From positions 160,001-224,000 of the forward strand of contig CAVUVW010000016.1 in NCBI GenBank assembly GCA_963745035.1: a DNA stretch of 64,000 nt, given 5' to 3'. Both the position numbers and the translations under genes were made by a program. Positions 1 through 9,840 of this stretch are shown here, piece by piece. Source of the DNA: an uncultured delta proteobacterium (GTDB taxonomy: Bacteria > Desulfobacterota > Binatia > UBA9968). Positions within the stretch are counted from its first letter, which is position 1. Every line of letters starts with the position of its first letter. The notes beneath the pieces were generated by a model, which was given only the letters and a program-made list of their open reading frames with translations, searched no databases and was not told the origin of the DNA.

Positions 1-1
1 G

Positions 2-799
2 GAATTTCTCGAGCCGGAGGCGCCGTTCGGCGAATCGACGGGTTACATTGCGGAACGCTTGCTCAACCCCTACTTCGAAGTGATGTGCATCACGCACCGC
101 AAAAACCCGATCCTGGCGACGATCATCAGCCAGATGCCGCCGAGCGAATCGAGTGTCATGCGCCAGGTTGCGGCGGAAGGAAACTATCTGCGTTTCCTGC
201 GCGATCAATGCAACATTCCCGGCATTGCCGAAGTCGCCTTTCACAGCATCGCCGTGCGCCAGATCTGCGTGATCAAGATGAAAAAAATCAACCAGGCGCA
301 TGTCTGGCAGGCGCTGCACAGCATGGTCGGCTACAATCCCGCGACCGGCAAGATGGTGATTGCCGTCGATGAAGATATTAACCCGCGCAACCTCGATTCA
401 CTGTTTTGGGCGATGGCGTTTCGCATGCAGCCTCATCGCGACGTGCTGATCATCCGTAACCGCACGCCGCAGATGGATCCGTCGGTCTTTCCTCCGGGCC
501 AAGAATCGGGACATTCGTTGGATGAGATCGCCGGCGCGTCCGCCATGCTGATCGACGCCACGCGAAAGTGGGACTATCCGCCGGTATCGCTGCCGAAGAA
601 AGAATACATGGAGCGCGCCAAACAGTTATGGGAGAGGCTCGAGTTGCCGAAGCTCAAGCCGCAGGATCCCTGGTTTGGTTACAATCTAGGCTTGTGGTCG
701 GAAGAAGACGAGACAGAGGCGGAACTGGCAGTCAGGGGCGAGCATTATCAGACCGGCGAGAAGCGCATGCAGCAGCGGGTGCCGGTGAAAAAATTATAG
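2..799 (+). CDS. UbiD-family (prFMN-dependent) decarboxylase, C-terminal part, truncated by the window start
   Basis: Frame is open from base 2 (EFLEPEAPFGESTGY, matching the EGPFGE motif). Also VIAVDEDINP and MLIDATRKW, typical UbiD C-terminal motifs. Confidence 0.9.
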   Translation, partial: EFLEPEAPFGESTGYIAERLLNPYFEVMCITHRKNPILATIISQMPPSESSVMRQVAAEGNYLRFLRDQCNIPGIAEVAFHSIAVRQICVIKMKKINQAHVWQALHSMVGYNPATGKMVIAVDEDINPRNLDSLFWAMAFRMQPHRDVLIIRNRTPQMDPSVFPPGQESGHSLDEIAGASAMLIDATRKWDYPPVSLPKKEYMERAKQLWERLELPKLKPQDPWFGYNLGLWSEEDETEAELAVRGEHYQTGEKRMQQRVPVKKL

Positions 800-811
800 G
801 AGAAGGCACCT

Positions 812-847
812 GTTCAAATCGTTCAAGCCGTTCAAAACGTTCAAAGC
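812..847. repeat. Intergenic tandem repeat, 4 x 9-mer GTTCAARNC
   Basis: gttcaaatc gttcaagcc gttcaaaac gttcaaagc, read directly, lying between convergent genes. Confidence 0.85.
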
Positions 848-921
848 GTGCGGCCAGATTCGCGAACAGATAGCTGCCGAATGCAGAAGCGACGGGCGTA
901 GATTGATTCAGCGATCCTACG

Positions 922-1905
922 CTATTTGCTACCCAACTCCTTCAGCGCTTCTTCCACCAGCGACTGTTCGACGACCATCTGCGGCGTCACCGTCGGCGGA
1001 ATCAGCTTCTGGTCTTTTTCGATCTGCAGAAGTATGTCGACGCCGTCGAGCGGCACGCGGCCGTCACGGCTGAAGGATTCGACGACGATTTCGTAGGACT
1101 CTCGAGCGAGTTTTTCGTCCATGTTGAAGCGTTTACGAATGACGTCCGCGGTGCCTGAGGCGTTGGCTTGAATGAATCTCATCGCTTCGATCTCGGCTTT
1201 GAGCACCCGCTTGATCTGAGCGCGATGGTTCTGGATCCGGTCGAGAGTCGTACCTATGCCAGAAAAGGGAATGACCACGTGTTGAGCCGTTTGCGCCAGG
1301 ATGGGAAAGCCTTCTCGTTTGAGTTGGACGGAAAACGGCGGCGCCAGAACGACGACGTCGGCGCGGCCGGCCTTGAAGGCGTCGAACATGACTTTTTCAT
1401 CGCCGATGGCGAGGAACTTCACGTCTTTATCAGGGTCGAAGCCGAGCTTGCTCAGCGTGATGCGGGTGCTGATATGATTGGTACCGCCGATCGACGTGAG
1501 TCCGATCACCGCGCCTTTGAGATCTTTGATGCTCTTGTATTTATGCTGGCCGATGATGCTGAAGAACGGCGCCTTGATGCCGGTCGAAATCGCGCGGATC
1601 GGCAGGCCTCGGGCGGCGGAGCGAATGGCGGAACCGATCAGCTCGATATAATGAATCTCGCCGCTTAAAAGCGCGGCTACGGAGATATTCGGCCTCATCT
1701 GAATCAGCTCAACGTCGGAGCCGTGCTTCAAGTAAAAGCCGCGATCCTTCGCGACAAAAGGCACCATGAAGGCCAATGATCCCGTGGCGATGGCGATGCG
1801 CACTTTCTCGGGCTTTTCCTGGCTTGCAATCTTTTCAGGGACAATCAGTAGGAAGAGTAAGAGCGCTGAGACGATGAAGCGAAAAATGTTTTGAGGGCCG
1901 AGCAT
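922..1905 (-). CDS. ABC transporter substrate-binding protein, NMT1/SsuA/TauA-like
   Basis: N-terminal signal peptide, VAKDRGFY..HG.DVEL and SIKDLKG..IG motifs, 327 aa. Confidence 0.85.
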   Translation of the reverse strand: MLGPQNIFRFIVSALLLFLLIVPEKIASQEKPEKVRIAIATGSLAFMVPFVAKDRGFYLKHGSDVELIQMRPNISVAALLSGEIHYIELIGSAIRSAARGLPIRAISTGIKAPFFSIIGQHKYKSIKDLKGAVIGLTSIGGTNHISTRITLSKLGFDPDKDVKFLAIGDEKVMFDAFKAGRADVVVLAPPFSVQLKREGFPILAQTAQHVVIPFSGIGTTLDRIQNHRAQIKRVLKAEIEAMRFIQANASGTADVIRKRFNMDEKLARESYEIVVESFSRDGRVPLDGVDILLQIEKDQKLIPPTVTPQMVVEQSLVEEALKELGSK

Positions 1906-2043
1906 GATTTGCTCTATTTATGTTTGATCCGGAGGGATTGCAAGCAATCCAGAGGTATCGACTTTGTGCTATTCTTCTCAAGTTCTGTTAGGTGATTTTT
2001 ATTGTGAAGCACATTCGGCTTTCAACGGGTCGGGAGCCTATCG

Positions 2044-3063
2044 ATGAAGTTTGACGCGAGCTTGCTGGTTCATGATCTCGGGCAAATGCCGGCGCTGGCG
2101 CGGTTCGCGGAGGATACCGGCTTCGATGGAATCTGGACTTTTGAGACGGCGCACGAGCCGTTTCTACCGCTCGTCCTCGCCGCGGAACATAGCCGGTGCT
2201 TGAGCGTGGGCACGAGTATCGCGGTAGCGTTCGCGCGCAGCCCGGCGATCCTCGCGTCGATCAGTTGGGATCTGGCGCGCTTTTCCAAAGGCCGATTCAT
2301 CCTAGGCCTCGGTACTCAGGTGAAGGGCCACAATGAGCGGCGCTTCGGCGTCAAATGGGACAAGCCAGTCGAGAAGATGCGCGAGGTCATTCTCGCTGTC
2401 CGGGCGATTTGGGACTGTTGGCAAAACAAAACGCGGCTTAACTTTCAGGGCGAGTATTTCAAGCTGACCTTGATGACGCCGTTTTTCAGCCCGGCGCCGC
2501 ACGAATATCATCGCATACCGATTTTTATCGCCGGAGTGAACCGGCGCATGTGCCAGCTCGGCGGCGAGTTGTGCGAAGGCTTCCATGTGCATCCGCTGCA
2601 CAGCGTGCGTTATCTTAGCGACATCGTGCTGCCGAACATTGAACAAGGATTGCAGAAAGCCGGGCGGCAACGTCGGGATATCGAGCTCTCGAGCAGTATC
2701 TTCGTTATTCCCACCGACGATCCGAAGGAGGCCGCGCGCTATGACACGGAGGTGCGGCAGCAGATCTCTTTCTATGCCAGCACGCCGCCGTATCGTCCTG
2801 TGTTCGATCTTGAAGGCTGGGGCGACGTCGCCGATCAGCTTAAAGCTTTCGCCGCAAAGGGACGATGGGCGGAAATGCCCTCGTTGATTACAGACGAGAT
2901 GCTCGATCGGCTGGCGTTGCGCGGCACTTGGGCGGATTTGCCGGAAAAAGTTTTGAAGAAATACACGGGACTACTGGATAGGGTGAGTTACTATTTTCCG
3001 GTCGTTCCGGGTGAGAATGAGGACGGTTGGCGGGCAACGGTCGCCGGCTTCAAGATGCAATAA
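2044..3063 (+). CDS. F420-dependent LLM-class oxidoreductase (TIGR03617-like)
   Basis: GFDGIWTFETAHEPFLPL, GTSIAVAFARSP, SKGRFILGLGTQVKGHNERRFG and QISFYASTPPY motifs. GGAG RBS upstream. Confidence 0.9.
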   Translation: MKFDASLLVHDLGQMPALARFAEDTGFDGIWTFETAHEPFLPLVLAAEHSRCLSVGTSIAVAFARSPAILASISWDLARFSKGRFILGLGTQVKGHNERRFGVKWDKPVEKMREVILAVRAIWDCWQNKTRLNFQGEYFKLTLMTPFFSPAPHEYHRIPIFIAGVNRRMCQLGGELCEGFHVHPLHSVRYLSDIVLPNIEQGLQKAGRQRRDIELSSSIFVIPTDDPKEAARYDTEVRQQISFYASTPPYRPVFDLEGWGDVADQLKAFAAKGRWAEMPSLITDEMLDRLALRGTWADLPEKVLKKYTGLLDRVSYYFPVVPGENEDGWRATVAGFKMQ

Positions 3064-3068
3064 AATAG

Positions 3069-4202
3069 TTAGTTCAAGTGGTCCGGCGCGGCTGAGAGGT
3101 CCATTTTTTCCGTCGCGCGAAGCGTCTCGACCCGATCTTTGCCGGTTCTCTTGGCGCGATAAAGCGCCTGATCGGCATCCGACATCAGTCGTCTTTCGTC
3201 CAAAGAATCGTTTAGGGCTCCGGAGCTGATCCCGATGCTTACCGTGACGGGGAGAAGCCCTTTCGTTGTCTCCACGGGGTTTTCCCTGATCGCGGACAAA
3301 AGTCGGTTAGCCACCTCGATGGCGCCATCGAGATTGGTTTCCGGAAGGATGACGACAAATTCTTCGCCACCGATACGAGCCACAAAATCCATCGTTCTTA
3401 GGCTCCCGCTCAACAGTGCCGCGACTTTCTGAAGCACGATATCGCCTGCGTCGTGGCCGAGGGAATCATTGACTAACTTGAAGTTGTCTACATCGACCAT
3501 CAAAAGGGCCAGATCACGGGAGTATCTTTTCGATCGCTCGATTTCTTGACTCATTCTTTCTTTATAGGCATGCCGGTTTGGCAAGCCGGTGAGGAAGTCG
3601 TGACGCGCTTCCCTTTCCGCTTTTTCTCTGAGGGTGTGTTCGTTGTTTACGACTTGGACAAAATAGCTATAAAAAATCGAAGCCGCTAAAACGAACGGCA
3701 CGCGCAGCAGCAAATGCGTGGTCAAACTTTCGGCCAAAAAAAGAAGGAAACTGTAAAAGAAGCAAAGGAGGATCGCGAAACCGAGAGACCAGCGAAGATC
3801 CTGCCAGAAACCGGCGATGATGATGATCAGAAAGTAAGAAAGATAGAAATCACTGCCGAGCTGTCCGGCGACGATCAGCGCGAAACTCAATGCGACTGTA
3901 TCGGCAAAGACGAGCGTCGCGAGAAAACGAACTGAATCAAACGACCTGGGCTCGAGGGAGTAAAGAGACACATTAGTCGAAACATAAAGCAGGACAAAGG
4001 CATGGATCAAATCGACCGACAATAACGTTTCCTGCGCGAACAGCAAAAGATAGGAAGCAACGGCGATCACCAACCAGCGCATCCGAATGATGGTTTGTTT
4101 TTTCGGCGCATCGAACACCGATTTGGCAAACGAGGAGAGCGAAAAATTCTCGAGATCGTATAGGAAGCGTGGGCTACTTAGGCTGATTGATTCCCAGTGC
4201 AT
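3069..4202 (-). CDS. Membrane-anchored diguanylate cyclase (GGEEF)
   Basis: Several N-terminal TM segments, DFLTGLPNR, DVDNFKLVND, RTMD I-site, ARIGGEEF. Start codon uncertain. Confidence 0.92.
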   Translation of the reverse strand: MHWESISLSSPRFLYDLENFSLSSFAKSVFDAPKKQTIIRMRWLVIAVASYLLLFAQETLLSVDLIHAFVLLYVSTNVSLYSLEPRSFDSVRFLATLVFADTVALSFALIVAGQLGSDFYLSYFLIIIIAGFWQDLRWSLGFAILLCFFYSFLLFLAESLTTHLLLRVPFVLAASIFYSYFVQVVNNEHTLREKAEREARHDFLTGLPNRHAYKERMSQEIERSKRYSRDLALLMVDVDNFKLVNDSLGHDAGDIVLQKVAALLSGSLRTMDFVARIGGEEFVVILPETNLDGAIEVANRLLSAIRENPVETTKGLLPVTVSIGISSGALNDSLDERRLMSDADQALYRAKRTGKDRVETLRATEKMDLSAAPDHLN

Positions 4203-4272
4203 ACGGTTGGAATTTTCCGCTGCCTTCTTTCATGCGGTCGGAAGTATAGCGGAATTTCTGGCAAGCGATGGC

Positions 4273-4288
4273 AGCAAAGCACATGCCA
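4273..4288 (-). promoter_or_regulatory. Candidate sigma-54 (-24/-12) promoter for the diguanylate cyclase
   Basis: Minus strand reads TGGCATGTGCTTTGCT, an exact GG-N10-GC match about 70 bp upstream of the ORF. Confidence 0.6.
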
Positions 4289-4615
4289 AAATGTCACAAT
4301 TAGCCAAGTCGTGAAATTAACGTCGGTATCGCTTCCTGATCAGGAGAATGGCTGGTCTGAAATTGGACAAAAACGTTGCAGTCGACATAAGACGCCTCAA
4401 ACGCCGGTTGAAGGATCGACGGTACGATGTCGGAGGCAGGCGCGCGTGGCCGCGCTGCGCATGCTTGTTGCGCTCGAGAATCATTTCGACCAGTCCGCCC
4501 TTGTCTTTGTCAGAGAATTTCCGAGATGCTGCGAAGGTGGCCGATGTTTTTGACTTCGTCTAACCAGACGCGCAAGTCGTGATTGGCTGGGGTCATTGGT
4601 CACTCCGTTCTAATG

Positions 4616-4692
4616 AAAGGATGAACAAAGGATAAAGGATGAAGAAACCGGGAATGTGGTCCGGATATTTATCCTTCATCCCTCATCCTTTC
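4616..4692. repeat. Inverted repeat built from heptamer units (AAGGATR / YATCCTT)
   Basis: aaaggatgaacaaaggataaaggatgaa ... ttatccttcatccctcatcctttc, just 3' of the 4701-5468 gene. Confidence 0.7.
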
Positions 4693-4700
4693 GCCTTTTC

Positions 4701-5468
4701 TTAGTCTGCCAGTTCCACCGCCGCGCGGTGCATGACGCCGTAGAGGTCCACGGCCGCGATGGCGCAGTATTCCAGGTTGTAGCCTTCCCGAGTGTCGGCG
4801 TAGCCATCTTCGAGAATGCGCTGCATGACGAGCTTGTTGAAGCTGCCGTGACCCATGACGCCGTCTTCGTGCTCTTTCAGATCGGCTTCCTCGTGGGTCG
4901 AAAAATAGACCGCTTGCTGTTTGGTGAAGCCGTATTTCTCGGTCAAAGTTTTGAACCACATGGCAGACCAATGACCGATGGGCTCTTCGGTGAGCATGGA
5001 GAACCACCACTCGGCGACGGTGCCTTCCCACATGAGCTGCCGTTTGAAATCGAGAATCGCGCGGCACTCGGGCAGCATCGGCTCGCGCAATACCTGGTCC
5101 TTCGTGAGGCCAAGGGCTTCGGCGGTTTGCAGCATGACCAGCACGTGGCCCGGCGGCTTGGGATGGATGAATTCGTCGGCGATCTTCGAGCCGAGCGGCC
5201 CCATCAAATCCGGGTGCCGCTTAAAAAAGCCGATGTGCTTGTGATACGAGACCGACACGAGTGTGTTGATCTCGACAGTGAAGTTGCCCCAGTTTTTGAA
5301 GAATAATTTAATTGCCGGCATCGGCAGAGTGCCTTCGAGGAATTTCTTCATGAACGGGCCGTCGGTGACGCGCTCGCGCCAACGCTGAACCACTTTCTTG
5401 TTCACGGCGTCGATGTAGGCCTTGGCGTCGTCGGCGCTCATCTTCACGCCGAGTTTGGGGGTAACCAT
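4701..5468 (-). CDS. Heme-oxygenase-fold protein (TenA/PqqC/CADD-like iron redox enzyme), paralog 1
   Basis: Helical 255 aa protein with ADEFIHP..GH, EEPIGH and YFSTHEEAD..H..GH candidate metal ligands. Clearly homologous to 12478-13221. Confidence 0.7.
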   Translation of the reverse strand: MVTPKLGVKMSADDAKAYIDAVNKKVVQRWRERVTDGPFMKKFLEGTLPMPAIKLFFKNWGNFTVEINTLVSVSYHKHIGFFKRHPDLMGPLGSKIADEFIHPKPPGHVLVMLQTAEALGLTKDQVLREPMLPECRAILDFKRQLMWEGTVAEWWFSMLTEEPIGHWSAMWFKTLTEKYGFTKQQAVYFSTHEEADLKEHEDGVMGHGSFNKLVMQRILEDGYADTREGYNLEYCAIAAVDLYGVMHRAAVELAD

Positions 5469-5557
5469 CAGGACGTTATTATCGTAAGGCAGGAAAGTTT
5501 GCCAGCGGCCGGAATGGATCGCGACTCTCGCTTGTGCGACGCACTGTCAGAACATAT

Positions 5558-5650
5558 CTGAGGCCCTTCGTCAGGCTCAGGATGAATCCGCCGAAGAATC
5601 TGCTTTTCACGTTTGAAAAAAGCAGAGCTTCGCTTTCGCTCAGCATGATA
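5558..5650. repeat. REP-like palindromic element (catgctgagcgaaagcgaag ... cttcg..ctcag type)
   Basis: Nested hairpins ctgaggcccttcgtcaggctcag and aagcagagcttcgctttcgctcagcatga, with an internal tctgctttt/aaaagcaga inverted pair. Confidence 0.6.
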
Positions 5651-5674
5651 GCCGAATAGTTCGATGTATGACGT

Positions 5675-6142
5675 TTAGAAGAGCGATTGAATGAGCGGCG
5701 TGGGCCAGGGCACATGGAGGATCTTTTCGAAGACGCCATAGACGAAGCCCCAGGCGATGGTACTAAGCATTAGGCCGAGCGCCCAGCCGGCGCCGTAGAA
5801 TTTACTGTAGGCGAGCACGAACACGGGCACGGCGATGGGAAAGCCGATGGTCACGATCAACAAATAAAAGCCGACGATCCAGCACCAGATCTCCACGTTG
5901 CCCCATTTGGTTTCCCTCTCTGCCAGCGGCATTTCGAATTGGGAACGCTCCACCGGTGCGTCGGATTTTCCGGCGTCCAAAGCAAATTGCCAGATCGCCA
6001 GGACTACACCGATGCTGCCGAGAACGAGCACACCGATCGAAGCGCGGATCGGCCAATCGCGCGCGAACCACAGCGCAGCGGCAATGACGGTGCCGATGAA
6101 AAGTGTAAACAGCAGCCCTTCGAGCTTCATCCGCGCATTCAT
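5675..6142 (-). CDS. tctB: Tripartite tricarboxylate transporter small membrane subunit TctB
   Basis: 155 aa with about 4 TM segments, C-terminal YGVFEKILHVPWP. Overlaps the tctA stop. Confidence 0.85.
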   Translation of the reverse strand: MNARMKLEGLLFTLFIGTVIAAALWFARDWPIRASIGVLVLGSIGVVLAIWQFALDAGKSDAPVERSQFEMPLAERETKWGNVEIWCWIVGFYLLIVTIGFPIAVPVFVLAYSKFYGAGWALGLMLSTIAWGFVYGVFEKILHVPWPTPLIQSLF

Positions 6143-7626
6143 GACTGTTTTAGCTGAGCTTCACGCTCGCGCCGATTTTGCAGCATGGGATAACAAAGCG
6201 ACAGCACCAACAGGATCGCCAGGATGATCACACCGGGCCGGCTGAGCCACTCCAAGCCGAAGCGGCCGTAGGACAGCCACAGATAGTTCTCCATCTTGTC
6301 GCCGAGCACCATGCCGAGGACGAGTGGCGAGCGCGGCCAGCCGTGGCGGCGCATGAGGAAGCCGAGAAACGAAAAGCCGAGAAGGGCGATCAAGTCGATG
6401 CTGCTGCGGTTGGCGGCGAAGGCGCCGATGAAGACGAAAACCAAAATCAGCGGCACGAGGGAATAGAACGGCATAAAACACATGCGCGAGATCGGCTTGA
6501 TGAAGGCCAGGCAGATCGCGACGGCGATGATGTTGGCGACGGTGAGGGTCCAGACCACGGCGAAAGTGAGGTTGAGCTGGGTCGTCAGCATCTCCGGTCC
6601 GGGATTGATGCCGACGGCGATGAGCGCGGTCAGGATCAGCGCCGTCGAAGTTCCGCCGGGAATGCCGAAAGCGAGAGTCGGTATGTAATCGCCGGCTTCT
6701 TTGGAATTGTTCGAGGACTCGGCGGCGATGACGCCGCGGATGTCGCCCCTGCCGAAGTTTTCTTTGTTCTTTTCGGTTTGGACCGCGTGGGCGTAGGCGA
6801 ACCAGTCGGCCACCGAGCTGCCGAGGCCGGGGAGAAAGCCGACCCAGATGCCGATCGCCGAGGCGCGCAAAGTCAGCCACCAGTGACGAAAGACATCACG
6901 CGCTCCTTGCCAGAAACCGTGGCCGAGTTCTTGGGTTTCCGCCACCTTGGTTTTACGCGCGGCAAGGTCGATACATTCCGGTATGGCGAAGATGCCCAGC
7001 GCGACCAGCACCAAATCGATTCCTTCGATCAAATAACTGCTATCGAAGGTGAAGCGTTCGATGCCCGACTTGTCGTCGACTCCGACGGCGGAGATGAAGA
7101 TGCCCAGGATGCCGGCGAGCAAACCTTTGAGCGGCACATTGCCGCTCAAGACGCCGACCATAGTGATACCCCAAAGGGTCAGCATGAAGAATTCCGGCGA
7201 GCCGAACGACAGCACCAGCGGCCGAAGAAAGGGCAAGGAAGCGAGCAGGACGATCGGCCCGATGAGACCGCCGACCAGCGAGGCGACGAACGACGCGCTG
7301 AGGGCGCGCATCGCTTGGCCCTGCTTCGCCAACGGATAACCATCGAGGACCGTGGCTTGCGATCCCGAGCCGCCGGGGACAGAAATCAGCACGGCGGTAA
7401 ACGCGCTCGCGGTATTGCCGACGGCATCGAAGCCGACGAGAAGCGCGATGACGGCGTACGGATCTTTCATCGTCATCACGAAGGGGAGCATGATGGCGAG
7501 GGTGCTCGGGCCGCCAATGCCGGGGAGAAAACCGACGATGCTGCCCAAGATCACACCCAGGCACATGAGTCCCAGATGGTGTGGGGTGAGGACTTGAACG
7601 AGCCCCTCGAGGGCGGCTTCGATCAT
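6139..7626 (-). CDS. tctA: Tripartite tricarboxylate transporter permease TctA
   Basis: GFLPGIGG, VPGGSGSQATVLDGYPLA, GVIAAESSNN and PTLAFGIPG motifs. Confidence 0.95.
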   Translation of the reverse strand: MIEAALEGLVQVLTPHHLGLMCLGVILGSIVGFLPGIGGPSTLAIMLPFVMTMKDPYAVIALLVGFDAVGNTASAFTAVLISVPGGSGSQATVLDGYPLAKQGQAMRALSASFVASLVGGLIGPIVLLASLPFLRPLVLSFGSPEFFMLTLWGITMVGVLSGNVPLKGLLAGILGIFISAVGVDDKSGIERFTFDSSYLIEGIDLVLVALGIFAIPECIDLAARKTKVAETQELGHGFWQGARDVFRHWWLTLRASAIGIWVGFLPGLGSSVADWFAYAHAVQTEKNKENFGRGDIRGVIAAESSNNSKEAGDYIPTLAFGIPGGTSTALILTALIAVGINPGPEMLTTQLNLTFAVVWTLTVANIIAVAICLAFIKPISRMCFMPFYSLVPLILVFVFIGAFAANRSSIDLIALLGFSFLGFLMRRHGWPRSPLVLGMVLGDKMENYLWLSYGRFGLEWLSRPGVIILAILLVLSLCYPMLQNRREREAQLKQS

Positions 7627-7629
7627 CGA

Positions 7630-8700
7630 TTAAGATTCTGAAACTGGACCGCCTACCGGGAGCCCGTATTTCTTGCGGATCTGCGTCAGAAAATCCTGCG
7701 CCGGTTTCGGGATCGAAGTGAGCTTCTTGATCATCGCCTCGGTCTTATCGCCTGCGTTGAGCGTCCAGGAGTCGCCAAAGAACTTTGTCGCAAGAGATTT
7801 GAACTCCTCGTCCTTGTTCATTCTCATGAAGGCCTCGCGCAACGCGGCGATCACGTTGTCCGGGGTTTTGGGCGGCGCCATCAAGAACTTGTCCAGGTCT
7901 TCGGAGTTGGCCCACGCCTGATAAGCTTCCCAGGAAACGCCGCTGGGACGCTTGTTTCCGAGATATTCGACGAAAGTCGGCACGTCGCGAAAGTCCGGGC
8001 GGCGCTCTTCATCCTGCTGATAGAGCAAGTCGACGCCGCCTTCTTTGCGCATGTCGGCGATGAGCCGGGCGTTGGAGGTCGCCCAGAGATCGATCTCACC
8101 TTGGCGCAATGCGAGCGATAACTCGCGGCTGCCCTTGTAGCCGTAGAGCCAGCGCAGGTTCCAGTTCATATACTCCGCGCTCCACACCGTCATGGACACC
8201 CAGGTGCGAATGCCGTCAGTGTCGCCGACGACGAGCTTGCGGGTTTTTGGATCGGTCAATGAATCCTTCAGCTCTTTGCGGACCATCAAGATGCTGCCGC
8301 CGCGGGCGATGGAGCCGACCGGGCGGCTTTTCCGATGATCGTACTTGATGCGCGGGCCGCCGCGATTCATGTTGCCGATGGCGGAAGAGGAGTCTTGCAG
8401 CAGGGTGAGCCCGTCCGGTTTTGCGTTGGCGTAAAAATGATTGTTGGCGGTGATGCCACCGCCGCCGGGCATGTTCTGCACGACCGTGACCGGATTGCCG
8501 GGCAAGTACTTGGGTAGGAACTGCGAAATCAGACGTCCCGCCGTGTCGGTGCCGCCGCCGGGGCTCGACGTGATGAGAATCGTCAAGGTCTTGCCCTGAA
8601 AATTCACCGGAGCGTTGGCGGCACCGGCGACACCCGCGAAAGCGAACAGCATTGCCAAGGAGGTCATGAGCGCTCGAATCCTCAGGGTGGAGCCATTCAT
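7630..8700 (-). CDS. tctC: Tripartite tricarboxylate transporter substrate-binding protein (Bug/TctC)
   Basis: True start is MNGSTLR at 8700, after an AGGAGG RBS. Signal peptide, SPGGGTDTAGRL, VQNMPGGGG and KPDGLTL motifs. Confidence 0.88.
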   Translation of the reverse strand: MNGSTLRIRALMTSLAMLFAFAGVAGAANAPVNFQGKTLTILITSSPGGGTDTAGRLISQFLPKYLPGNPVTVVQNMPGGGGITANNHFYANAKPDGLTLLQDSSSAIGNMNRGGPRIKYDHRKSRPVGSIARGGSILMVRKELKDSLTDPKTRKLVVGDTDGIRTWVSMTVWSAEYMNWNLRWLYGYKGSRELSLALRQGEIDLWATSNARLIADMRKEGGVDLLYQQDEERRPDFRDVPTFVEYLGNKRPSGVSWEAYQAWANSEDLDKFLMAPPKTPDNVIAALREAFMRMNKDEEFKSLATKFFGDSWTLNAGDKTEAMIKKLTSIPKPAQDFLTQIRKKYGLPVGGPVSES

Positions 8701-8752
8701 ATTCGCCTCCTTTACCGGAGCATCAGAACTTTGCGATCCCTGGTACTCGCAT

Positions 8753-9665
8753 TTACGTGCGATACAGATTGTCGATAAAGCCGCTGTCGTCGATGCGCCG
8801 CAGATAATGAAAATCCCAGAGCGCCATCGGATCGGTTTTTTCCGCCGCCTCTGTCCTGCTCGATGGAGATTTCGTAAACGTTGCTGATCGCAGGAATCGT
8901 TGCGTACGGTTTGGCCTGCAAGATGGTTTTTAAATCTTCGTAGAGATGAGTGGCCGTTTCGTCGTCGAGGTCGCCTTCGGCTTTGTATTTCTCCTTGATG
9001 ATCTTGATCGATTCGGCGCGGTGGGTCTTGAAGTAAGCGATGCCTTCGCAAATGCCGCGGAGCATTTTGTCGACGATGTCGGGATGTTTTTCGACGAAGG
9101 GCAAGCCGCTGGAAACCGTGGTAAACCACACCATCGGCAGAAACGGCACGTCGATGACTTTCAGCCCGGCGCGCTTGGACAAAATATCCGCCGGCGGCGT
9201 GACGAAGGCGGCGTCGGCTTCGCCGTCTCGTACCGCTTCCCAGTGAAACTTGCCTGCTTTGGCCTTCTCAACCTGGCAATCCCCAAGCAACCCGGACTGC
9301 TTGATGAAAAGCCAGGTGTTCAAGCCCGGGTGCTTGCCTTTGGTCGCGACTTTCTTGCCTCTGAGATCGGCAACTTTGTTGATGCCGGAGTCGGCGCGCA
9401 CGACCAGCCGATGATTGAGCAAACTGACGGTCTGGCCAAGGTACACCCATTTGTCGCCGGCCGGCCGCCGAATGTACGGTGAGAGATGATTGCCTCCGAC
9501 GAATTCAACGCTGCCGTCGGCGACGTTCTTGTGCGAATCTTCGGAGGTAATTTCGTAGTCGTAGTTGACGTCGAGGCCGTGCTTCGCCCATGAGCCCGAG
9601 TCGTGGACGACGTGCAGAAAAGTCAGGTGACTGTCCGAGCGATATGGAAAATTGACCTTGTCCAT
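8753..9665 (-). CDS. NMT1/SsuA-like ABC substrate-binding protein (one frameshift near 8845)
   Basis: Start MDKVNF after GAGGAG. Contains INKVADLRGKKVA. Shifting frame near 8845 restores the C-terminus DPMALWDFHYLRRIDDSGFIDNLYRT*. No signal peptide seen. Confidence 0.75.
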
Positions 9666-9748
9666 GGCGTTCCTCCTCTTTGGTTCTCTCCTAGTCGAAG
9701 CGCTCGGCCGCGTCAAACGGTTTTGCAAATTGAAACGGTCATGAAAAC

Positions 9749-9837
9749 TCACCGCAGAGACGCTGAGTACGCGGAGGTGAGTGGAGATGGTTGCTCGAAA
9801 AATTTCGAACTCTGCATACTCTGCGCCTCGGCGGTGA
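9749..9837. repeat. REP-like inverted repeat with 9-nt periodic arms
   Basis: tcaccgcagagacgctgagtacgcggag ... ctctgcatactctgcgcctcggcggtga. Confidence 0.75.
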
Positions 9838-9840
9838 AGG

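Noticed and set aside
812-847. Possible CRISPR array
   Set aside because: Contiguous 9-mers without spacers, and no cas genes in the window.
6178-7641. Long antisense or alternate-frame ORFs (e.g. 6178-7641, 10244-11248, 30382-31734, 48625-50364, 53735-55264)
   Set aside because: Shadow ORFs expected in high-GC DNA opposite genuine genes, with no motifs of their own.
7630-9129. 499-aa extended TctC ORF
   Set aside because: The extension overlaps the upstream binding-protein gene in another frame. The RBS and signal peptide place the start at 8700.
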